A program made the position numbers and the translations under genes. Shown piece by piece: positions 8,325 through 15,438 of a stretch of 32,000 nt of DNA. How positions within the stretch are numbered: position 1 is the first letter of the stretch; each line of letters starts with the position of its first letter. The stretch comes from Candidatus Lokiarchaeum ossiferum (GTDB taxonomy: Archaea; Asgardarchaeota; Lokiarchaeia; Sigyniarchaeales; Promethearchaeaceae), in NCBI GenBank assembly GCA_025839675.1, contig CP104013.1, positions 990,001 to 1,022,000 of the forward strand, given 5' to 3'. Under the pieces are notes generated by a model. The model did not search any database and was not told the DNA's origin. It saw nothing but the letters and a program-made list of their open reading frames with translations.

Positions 8325-9176
8325 TCAACTCCCATAATACACTAGCTTCATCATTTCATATGCGGTTTCCGCGCCATCATTTTGATTTTGTCCAGTAACA
8401 ATCTGGTTCGATTCATCAATGGCTACCCAACTTGCAAACATATCCCGGAAGGCAGTCGCACTAACAAAATTGGCCCCTGCTTCTCTCAGTGCGGTTTCTG
8501 GATGTAGAGGTGTGTGGGAAATTCCTAACTCTTCAATTTGTTTATCCGTCACAGCAGTCATTGTTCGACCTTCAACTAATGGATTTCCTTCAGTATCATT
8601 CGCTTGTAAAAATCCTAATGCTCCATGACACACTGAACCCAAAATAACTCCACTTGCATAGGCTTCAGTAATTTTTTGACCAAGAATAGCAGATTGCCCT
8701 AAATCATAGGCAGCACCCCATCCTCCAGCCATATACACTACATCATATTCGGAAAAATTGATATTGTCAATAATTAATGAATTTTCCACTTTATCTAACA
8801 GATCAGCATCGTTTAAGAAACGCTTATCTTGCTCTGTCCTGAGAGGCCATTTCGTACTTACTGGTTCAACCGGGATTTCTCCTCCTTGAATACTTGCTAC
8901 ATCTACTGACATGCCTGCATCCAAAAATGAATAATATGGAACAGTCATTTCTGAAGCAAATACACCAGTAGCTTCCCCTGTTGCATCTAAAGTATCATGA
9001 CTGGTAGTGATAACTAACGCTTTCTTACCACTCATATCAAAAATTTCGTCCCCTTCGAAATGTGGATGAAGACCCATACCTCGTAGTATTGATGGCAGTA
9101 ATATTGTTGTCGTACTGAGTACCACCAAAAATATTGCACATACGATTAGGGCAGTTCTTTTTCTCTTTGTCATCAT
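8325..9176 (-). CDS. DJ-1/PfpI (type 1 glutamine amidotransferase-like) family protein with an N-terminal TM/signal anchor
   Basis: Nucleophile-elbow motif GSVCHGALG and the AGGWGA motif. Hydrophobic N-terminus ALIVCAIFLVVLSTTTILL. I placed the start at ATG 9176 (MMTKRKR), preceded by AGGTGA. The ORF track extends to 9230. Confidence 0.8.
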   Translation of the reverse strand: MMTKRKRTALIVCAIFLVVLSTTTILLPSILRGMGLHPHFEGDEIFDMSGKKALVITTSHDTLDATGEATGVFASEMTVPYYSFLDAGMSVDVASIQGGEIPVEPVSTKWPLRTEQDKRFLNDADLLDKVENSLIIDNINFSEYDVVYMAGGWGAAYDLGQSAILGQKITEAYASGVILGSVCHGALGFLQANDTEGNPLVEGRTMTAVTDKQIEELGISHTPLHPETALREAGANFVSATAFRDMFASWVAIDESNQIVTGQNQNDGAETAYEMMKLVYYGS

Positions 9177-9237
9177 TGTTACTTCACCTTTTTTTGTTTG
9201 TTGTTTTGGTTTATAAAAAAAATTGCACAAATTACCA

Positions 9238-9867
9238 TCATATCATTTTAAAATTACCATTTTCAAATAAAATGTGTAATGCTTGTCTCAACTCAGCCAA
9301 CATATTATCTAACTGGGGTTTTTGCTGTGTTAGCAAATACTTGAACTTATATTCAAAACGAATACCTTGAGAGATATGAATAAGCATTTCTGTAGTTTGG
9401 TGAGTATCGGGAGAATTAATCTCACCATTTTGTTTAGCATCCTCAAGAACAGATTGAATCATTTCACGTTCTAATTTTAAAATTTTAAAGAGTTTCTCCT
9501 TAAGTTCTGGTAAAACTCGTTTTAAATTTAAATCACTTAATTGCTCAGTGATAATATTTTCATGGAAAAAATTTAGTCTCAAGCTAAACAATTCGATTAA
9601 TTTTTCTTTAATCGGGGACCTTTTAGAAAAAATCTCTTCATATTTAAGTCTAAGCTTACTTAATTCATTTAAAAGGCATTCTACATAAATTTGTTCCTTT
9701 CCATTTTTGAAATAATAGTAAATATTTGCCTGACTTTGCCCTATTTCATTCCCAATTTCCACGATAGTTGTTTTTTTATAACCATTTTTTCTGAAAATTC
9801 CCCATGCTGCACTAATGATTTCATTTTTCTTGTTTTCAATCCTGGTAGGAGATGGTTTTCGAGGCAT
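9238..9867 (-). CDS. TetR/AcrR family transcriptional regulator
   Basis: N-terminal TetR HTH pattern (IISAAWGIFRKNGYKKTTIVEIGNEIGQSQANIYYYFKNGKEQIY). About 200 aa. Lies 7 nt upstream of the DJ-1 gene on the same strand. Confidence 0.85.
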   Translation of the reverse strand: MPRKPSPTRIENKKNEIISAAWGIFRKNGYKKTTIVEIGNEIGQSQANIYYYFKNGKEQIYVECLLNELSKLRLKYEEIFSKRSPIKEKLIELFSLRLNFFHENIITEQLSDLNLKRVLPELKEKLFKILKLEREMIQSVLEDAKQNGEINSPDTHQTTEMLIHISQGIRFEYKFKYLLTQQKPQLDNMLAELRQALHILFENGNFKMI

Positions 9868-10103
9868 TTTTTAACTATTTTTTTATAATAAATATTAATT
9901 TATATAATTATTGATTTTATAAAATAATGAAAAATCTCAAGGAGAGAGCCGATCAAGAATAACCATAGGTAACACAAAATCTCGTTCTCATTCAACAAAG
10001 AATTTTAATACACCAAGAATTTTTCAGATTCTTCCATATGTCCTTAGAGAAAAATCTTGAAAGATGAAATCCGATACAAATATTATACTCCGGTGTTACA
10101 TGG

Positions 10104-10125
10104 GTAATACAACCTTATGTATTAC
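10104..10125. promoter_or_regulatory. 8-bp-stem inverted repeat GTAATACA-N6-TGTATTAC
   Basis: GTAATACA lies at 10104-10111 and TGTATTAC at 10118-10125, a perfect 8-bp stem, inside a stretch of GT(N)TACA-like reiterations (10093-10136). It sits 18 nt from repeat copy 2, in the TetR / TIGR04076 divergent spacer. Confidence 0.3.
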
Positions 10126-10142
10126 ACCTGTGATACGAGTAG

Positions 10143-10163
10143 AACCGCTCTCGAGGGGAATCG
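10143..10163 (-). repeat. tRNA-3'-end-like motif, copy 2
   Basis: Plus strand AACCGCTCTCGAGGGGAATCG. The 17-nt core GCTCTCGAGGGGAATCG is identical to copies 1 and 4. Intergenic. Confidence 0.7.
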
Positions 10164-10287
10164 ATTTTAAAAGAAATTTTTTTACAACATAGCTTTTATT
10201 AATAATCAAATAGATAATTTTGTAGAACATTGAATTTATACTTCAAAATATCTATAATCTCTGATTTATTCAAGGAAATGTGATCTT

Positions 10288-10593
10288 ATGTTAAAAAAAG
10301 TTAAAATTACTGTAATTCAACGTAGCGTGAATAAAGAGTTAGCTGAACAGCATCGCAGGGAAATTCCCCCAATTTGTAGTGTATTTGAAGAAGGACAAGA
10401 ATTTATTGTAGACTCGTTCGAAAAACCTGCAAATTTCTGCGATTGGGCATGGATGGATATCCAGCGGGTTATTATTTCTTTCTTGTTTGACGGGAATTTG
10501 AGCCATTTTTCTTCCAATCCGAACGAATTTGTGATGTGTTGTACCGATGCTTATCGGCCAGTGAGCTTTAAAATTGAAAAAATTAATGATTAA
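10288..10593 (+). CDS. TIGR04076-like small Cys-containing protein
   Basis: 101 aa. The pattern KVKITV..., EGQEFIVD, FCDWAWMDI and CCTDAYRPVSFKIEKI matches my recollection of the TIGR04076 family. Confidence 0.6.
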   Translation: MLKKVKITVIQRSVNKELAEQHRREIPPICSVFEEGQEFIVDSFEKPANFCDWAWMDIQRVIISFLFDGNLSHFSSNPNEFVMCCTDAYRPVSFKIEKIND

Positions 10594-10642
10594 AAGCTTT
10601 TGCTCATAAGAAAATAGGTCTTAACTCAAGTTTAACTCTAAA

Positions 10643-10663
10643 GGTGGTTCTCGAAGGGATTCG
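10643..10663 (-). repeat. tRNA-3'-end-like motif, copy 3 (diverged)
   Basis: Plus strand GGTGGTTCTCGAAGGGATTCG, with 3 mismatches to the 17-nt core. The reverse complement (extended by 2 nt, 10643-10665) contains TTCGAATCCCTTCGAGAACCACC. It lies between the convergent TIGR04076-like and SDR genes. Confidence 0.55.
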
Positions 10664-10689
10664 AAGAAAAAATCACATTTTTTGATTAA

Positions 10690-11547
10690 TCATTCAATTA
10701 CATCTGAGGCAATACATCTTTCAGGTTGAGAACCATCTAGATCTGTAAAACCATATTCCCTCGCTAAATTTCCAACATACAATACTTTGCTTGTTTTTTC
10801 CTTAATATTTGGGTCTGTAAGTAAAGAAACTACTGCTTTACCAATGTATCGGGTTGATTCAGTTTTTTTTAGAATTTCTATTTCTTTATAGTTATAATCA
10901 TCAACCAGATATTCACGTTTGATTTTTTCAGTTCTCATCCATCCTGGAGATAGTGATAAGACAGCTATGTTATATTTTTTCAATTCCAGAGCCATGCAGT
11001 ATGCTAACCTATTTACGGCATTTTTAGCGACATTATAGGGGAGAGGTGTAAAAAACCGACCTTCATCCCAAAAAGTAGTATTAATAATCAATCCGTACTT
11101 ATGTTCCATCATTATTGGTGCAATATATTTGCTTGTTAGAAAATGCGCACGGACTCCACTATTGAACATCTTATCCCATCTCCATAGCGGTTGTTTCCAA
11201 AAATTATCATCAAAAGTGTTATCATACCTTTCATATCCTCCCCATACATTATTAACCAAAAGATCTACTTTACCAAATTTTTCTTTTATCATTCGACTTA
11301 CTTTGATTATATCATCTTCTTTCGTATGATCACACATAATTGGATGACATTTGCCTCCTACTTCTTCAACCAATTGTGCAGTTTCATTCAAAGTTTCTGG
11401 ATTTTTTTCTGTAAAATTATGATTTAAACTTCTTCCGGTGACTACTACTGTAGCACCCTGTTGCCCTAATTCAAGTGCGATCCCACGTCCAGCACCTCTG
11501 GTTCCTCCAGTAACAATACAAATTGCATCCTTTAGATTAGAAATCAT
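10690..11547 (-). CDS. Short-chain dehydrogenase/reductase (classical SDR)
   Basis: Cofactor motif TGGTRGAGRGIA near the N-terminus, NNVWG, and catalytic YNVAK (YxxxK). Confidence 0.9.
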   Translation of the reverse strand: MISNLKDAICIVTGGTRGAGRGIALELGQQGATVVVTGRSLNHNFTEKNPETLNETAQLVEEVGGKCHPIMCDHTKEDDIIKVSRMIKEKFGKVDLLVNNVWGGYERYDNTFDDNFWKQPLWRWDKMFNSGVRAHFLTSKYIAPIMMEHKYGLIINTTFWDEGRFFTPLPYNVAKNAVNRLAYCMALELKKYNIAVLSLSPGWMRTEKIKREYLVDDYNYKEIEILKKTESTRYIGKAVVSLLTDPNIKEKTSKVLYVGNLAREYGFTDLDGSQPERCIASDVIE

Positions 11548-11659
11548 TATTTAAATTTGGAACAGTTACTATATAAATTATGAGTAAAAATATTAAAACA
11601 AAATAAAGAGAAAGTAGGGTACCAATCTTTATAAAAAAAACACGTGAAATTACAAAAGT

Positions 11660-11685
11660 GGCAGCTCTCGAGGGGAATCGAACCT
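11660..11685 (-). repeat. tRNA-3'-end-like motif, copy 4 (longest tRNA-like match)
   Basis: Plus strand GGCAGCTCTCGAGGGGAATCGAACCT. Reverse complement AGGTTCGATTCCCCTCGAGAGCTGCC, followed by A. That reads as T-loop TTCGATT, then stem and acceptor 3' strand, then a GCCA end. No complementary 5' acceptor strand lies within 100 nt, so it is a fragment and not a gene. Confidence 0.7.
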
Positions 11686-11838
11686 ATTGTAAGACTTAGG
11701 TGAGAATAAATTTCCAATCATAAAGAGAAGTCTTGTTTTTAATCCCAAATAAACTAAATATCAAAATTATCCATAACGAGATTTTTCATCATTACTTTGA
11801 ATTTCACTATGATTCCGTGCTTGATTTAATAAATCCGG

Positions 11839-12930
11839 TCAGAAAGAATAGTTCTGTTTAAACCATTCGACTGTTTTTTTAAATGCAGTCTCTTTTGAGA
11901 TGATCGGTGCATATCCAAAATCAAGAGAAGCTTGTTTGCTTATAAATGTATGATCCAAGCAAGTTTGAACAACTGAGAAACGATTCAATGTTGCTTTGGG
12001 ATACACTTTTTCAATGAGAGAAGCAAGAAAATAAGCAACTCGATAGGGAACTTTCCGTGTGGGAATGCAAAGGCCAAATTCTTGTAAATATGGTATCATG
12101 AAATCAAAAATATTTTCCCCTGGATAATCTGTAATAAAGTAGTGTTTTCCAGCAATATTAGATTCTGGAGAAAGCTTTTGTGCTGCTAAAAAATGAGCAT
12201 ATGCCGCATTTTCAGAATAAAGATGACTAAATTTAGCACACCCATTCCCAAGACGAAATTTATTCTTTTTTTGTGCCATTTTAATAAAATTTGCAAGATG
12301 ATATTTATCTCCAGGACCATACATTCCAACTGGACGCAATGCACAAGTATTCAAGCCATTTTTTCCGTTGGCTTCAAGAACTAGCTGTTCTGCAATTATT
12401 TTGCTGCGAGAATAGTGATCTTTCGGGAGCTTATCAGGATAACTCATTGAATCATCAACATTGCAGTAGGCTTTTTTTTCATCCGAACAGACCACATCCA
12501 TCGTACTGGTGTAAATTAATCTAGGAATGTGCAGTTCTTGACAAATTTGAACAACATTTTGGTTCCCAGTCACATTCACATCATAATAGGTGGATTTTGG
12601 CAATTTTGGGTCCCAAATTGCTGCTGCTGTTTGAAACACAGTATCTATATTTCGACAATTGTCTTCCACTTGCTCAATCTTTGTAATATCACCTAGTTGA
12701 AAATTCGGATGATTTGTTGAATTACTGATATCCATGATTTTTACGGAGATATCTTGATTTTCGAGTATTTGGACTAAAGCCCTTCCTAATAAACCGGTCC
12801 CACCAATAACAAGACAGTTACCCAAATCTTGCTTTTGATAAGTCTTTTCTGTGGCTTGATTAGTTAAATTATCGGTAAATTTTTCTGATTTCAGGTCATT
12901 TAAGGGATTTATAGATGAAATTTCGTTCAT
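11839..12930 (-). CDS. Extended SDR, NAD-dependent epimerase/dehydratase or 3beta-hydroxysteroid dehydrogenase/isomerase-like
   Basis: Rossmann motif VIGGTGLLGRAL after a ~35-aa N-terminal extension. Catalytic YSRSK (YxxxK). The length and the RPVGMYGPGD segment are typical of the 3beta-HSD/NSDHL-like branch. Confidence 0.75.
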   Translation of the reverse strand: MNEISSINPLNDLKSEKFTDNLTNQATEKTYQKQDLGNCLVIGGTGLLGRALVQILENQDISVKIMDISNSTNHPNFQLGDITKIEQVEDNCRNIDTVFQTAAAIWDPKLPKSTYYDVNVTGNQNVVQICQELHIPRLIYTSTMDVVCSDEKKAYCNVDDSMSYPDKLPKDHYSRSKIIAEQLVLEANGKNGLNTCALRPVGMYGPGDKYHLANFIKMAQKKNKFRLGNGCAKFSHLYSENAAYAHFLAAQKLSPESNIAGKHYFITDYPGENIFDFMIPYLQEFGLCIPTRKVPYRVAYFLASLIEKVYPKATLNRFSVVQTCLDHTFISKQASLDFGYAPIISKETAFKKTVEWFKQNYSF

Positions 12931-12979
12931 TTGTTCTCACTTTTTTAGTTTTGGAAGTATCGATAATCAAATTTTAAAA

Positions 12980-13234
12980 TTATTTAATTTGAATTGCATG
13001 TTCTGGGCATTTTTCAACACATTGCATACAGCGGGTACATAACGAAGGATATAAGGGTGTAATCCTCCAATATTGTGGATCAAGGGGATCATCTTTTTGA
13101 AATAATTTCAATGATTGATGCAAGAGAAACAATGCAGGAGGGCAAATCTTCATACATATAGCACACTGACGAGGATCAATTTTGTGCCCATCTCCACAGA
13201 TATCATAATTTATTTGAATTTTTGTTTTTTTCAT
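12980..13234 (-). CDS. Small 2x[4Fe-4S]-type ferredoxin
   Basis: 84 aa with CAICMKICP and CTRCMQCVEKCP motifs plus an additional upstream Cys. Confidence 0.75.
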   Translation of the reverse strand: MKKTKIQINYDICGDGHKIDPRQCAICMKICPPALFLLHQSLKLFQKDDPLDPQYWRITPLYPSLCTRCMQCVEKCPEHAIQIK

Positions 13235-13261
13235 TCATTGTGGCTTCCATTTAAGAAATAA

Positions 13262-14155
13262 TTAATATCTTCCGCGCACGGCTTCCATTTCATTTCGGGG
13301 AATTATTTTAAGGGCATCAAATTTGCAAGCATGCATACAAACCCCACATCCATAACAGAGGTGAGGATCAATTTCGGTTTGCTTTAAGTTTTCATTAAAA
13401 CTTATTGCTCCAAATTGACACTTCAGAACACATTGTTTGCATCCTTGACAATTATTTTCGTTATGCACCACCACATATTCGCCTTTATAAATAGATTTGA
13501 TCCCAAAATCCAATCGAGGTCGAAATCCAGCACATTCTGGCGATTTGCAAGCGCAAAGATTGTTGATTAGGGGGTATGCACCATACCAAATCGTTCCAAC
13601 ATATCCTTTTTTATTAAATTCTGTAAATTTCCGAATTGCTTCTTCTTTAGAAATTCGGAATTGACTTTCATCGGGCTCTGGGATAAAGCGGGGAAGTTTA
13701 TCAATAACATCACTCATAACCCCAAAATTAATACAACACGCTTCTTTCTCTGCTCTACTCATAAATCGGCACATGCAATATTTCATAATAATTGTATTTT
13801 CATCAACACACCGATCTAAAATCGCAATCGCATCATCGAGGGGAACTACTTGACCAATGTGCCCCTCGGCTTTGAATGGATTAAAAGTGGTTTTTTTTGT
13901 GTGTAACATGCGTTCTGCAAAAGTTTTGATCAAACGCCCCACAAGAGGAATTTGCATTTTATACCCTAAACCAACTGCGCTAAATCCTGCAACTTGTCGA
14001 ACTTGCATCGCTTCAAAAGTTTTGTATTGCTCAAGCAGAAATTCTTTCAAAAAAGCTTCATCTTTACCCATTTCTTCAAGAACTTCTGCTGTATAGTTTT
14101 TTGCATTCAAATACCATTTTCCAGCAGAACCATGTTGCAGACAATGATCACACAT
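13262..14155 (-). CDS. Cys-rich Fe-S protein with a C-terminal 4Fe-4S dicluster domain
   Basis: C-terminal CQGCKQCVLKC and CYGCGVCMHAC motifs. N-terminal MCDHC, internal CMC...CC and CAC...C clusters. The N-terminal domain was not recognised. Confidence 0.7.
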   Translation of the reverse strand: MCDHCLQHGSAGKWYLNAKNYTAEVLEEMGKDEAFLKEFLLEQYKTFEAMQVRQVAGFSAVGLGYKMQIPLVGRLIKTFAERMLHTKKTTFNPFKAEGHIGQVVPLDDAIAILDRCVDENTIIMKYCMCRFMSRAEKEACCINFGVMSDVIDKLPRFIPEPDESQFRISKEEAIRKFTEFNKKGYVGTIWYGAYPLINNLCACKSPECAGFRPRLDFGIKSIYKGEYVVVHNENNCQGCKQCVLKCQFGAISFNENLKQTEIDPHLCYGCGVCMHACKFDALKIIPRNEMEAVRGRY

Positions 14156-14560
14156 ACCTTGCTTATTTCTTAAGCAGAATCAAATTTAAACATTGAGGGT
14201 GAATCGTAATAAATAGAGCCAATTTTGCGAAATTCTTTTTCAATCTTCTCTATATAGTAGAATAGGTTAGTCTACATGGTTTTTTACATCACTTCTACAT
14301 ATAGATTAATTTTTTTTTTTGCCAATACATGAAAATGCCTAAGTTGGTAAAATCCATGAAAATGATTTTAAGATATATAATTGACCCAATTATAACATTT
14401 ATTGGTTTTAGCTATTTAAAATTCACCTTCTTGCTATTTTTTGAAGGATTGGAATTAAATATTATTCAGATTATTAGAGATGGATTCTATAGCAATAAAA
14501 TTTTTTTTAAATCTAAAAAAAAATAACCTTCATTGCATTGTATTTTAGGAAAATTTAATT

Positions 14561-14591
14561 TGAATTACTGACTAAAAAAGTCAGTTATTCA
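14561..14591. promoter_or_regulatory. Long near-perfect palindrome upstream of the DUF4386-TetR gene pair, a candidate TetR operator
   Basis: TGAATTACTGACT-AAAAA-AGTCAGTTATTCA pairs at 12 of 13 arm positions. It lies 58-88 nt upstream of the ATG at 14649. Confidence 0.4.
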
Positions 14592-14648
14592 GATTTTTAT
14601 ATCGTATTTAGAATCATGAATAATCACAATTAAAAAAGTGAGAATAAA

Positions 14649-15353
14649 ATGGACTCAATACAATCATATCAGAAACAAGCACGCGCAAGCGGAATACTTT
14701 TCTTAATGGCAATCCTTACGGGAATTATTGGCGCAGTCCTTTTCGGAGGTCTTTCCAATTTTGGAGCCGATATTACCCAGTTTTCGGAAAATCGATTGAA
14801 GATACTCTTTGGCAGCTTCATGATACTATTAATGGGGATAGCATGCGCCAGCATTGCAATTCCATTATATCCAATAATGAAAAAACAAAATCAACCAATG
14901 GCACTCGCAGCTGTAAGTTTTCGACTTTTAGAAAGTGTGTCTCACATCTTTAATGTTATACTTTTCTTAGTTTTATTAAATCTCAGTTCTGAATATGCTG
15001 CTTCCGAGGTATCGAATCAATCCTACTATGTGATTTTAAATTCTACTCTAAGTGATTTAAGTGATTCCCTTTCACTAATCGGAACAATTTGTTTTAACAT
15101 TGGAGCATTGATGTATAGTTTAATAATTTATCAAACCAAACTTCTTCCAAGATGGATGGCAAGCTTTGCTCTAGTTGGCATCTTTTTAGCCTTGATGAAT
15201 CAGATTCTCGTGTTCTTCGGTGTATACACAGATTCTAGTATTATTGCAACAATGTTTCATCTTCCGACATTAGTTTATGAATTAATTTTCGGTTTCACAA
15301 TGGTGATAAAAGGATTTAATGTAGAAGCTATTCAGCAGTTGGATCAAAAGTAA
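14649..15353 (+). CDS. DUF4386-like integral membrane protein
   Basis: 234 aa. It begins with ..ARASGILFLMAIL.. and ends with ..YELIFGFTMVIKGFNVEA, and contains a mid-protein LLPRWM segment. This matches my recollection of the DUF4386 pattern. About 6 hydrophobic helices. Confidence 0.65.
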   Translation: MDSIQSYQKQARASGILFLMAILTGIIGAVLFGGLSNFGADITQFSENRLKILFGSFMILLMGIACASIAIPLYPIMKKQNQPMALAAVSFRLLESVSHIFNVILFLVLLNLSSEYAASEVSNQSYYVILNSTLSDLSDSLSLIGTICFNIGALMYSLIIYQTKLLPRWMASFALVGIFLALMNQILVFFGVYTDSSIIATMFHLPTLVYELIFGFTMVIKGFNVEAIQQLDQK

Positions 15354-15438
15354 AACCAAATTACAAAATGAAAACACAATTTAACTCCCAAACTTTTTTT
15401 TAATAATTCATATAAATTTGCATGGTTTTTGGTAGAGA

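Noticed and set aside
9177-9230. An 18-codon N-terminal extension of the DJ-1-like ORF (MCNFFYKPKQQTKKGEVT).
   Set aside because: The internal ATG at 9176 is preceded by AGGTGA and immediately starts a typical positively charged n-region plus hydrophobic anchor. The extension would leave only 7 nt to the TetR stop. That would still be possible, so confidence in the start is moderate.
6755-11685. The four repeats might be intact tRNA genes or a CRISPR array.
   Set aside because: No copy has a complementary 5' acceptor strand, D-arm or anticodon arm within 100 nt on the minus strand, so there is no complete tRNA. Spacings of about 0.5-3.4 kb that contain whole genes, and a repeat of only about 20 nt, are incompatible with CRISPR.
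6755-11685. The repeats might be a classical integron with attC sites.
   Set aside because: The motif lacks the imperfect-palindrome (R''/L''-L'/R') architecture of attC sites. Cassette genes sit on both strands, one unit is a three-gene operon, and no IntI-type integrase or attI is visible in the window. I kept only the looser 'cassette-like' description.
14329-14526. A 65-aa ORF (MKMPKLVKSMKMILRYIIDP...) in the long spacer.
   Set aside because: It has no recognisable motif, very AT-rich, Lys/Ile/Phe-biased composition as expected from non-coding sequence, and no RBS-like sequence. It was left out of the feature list and is mentioned only as doubtful.
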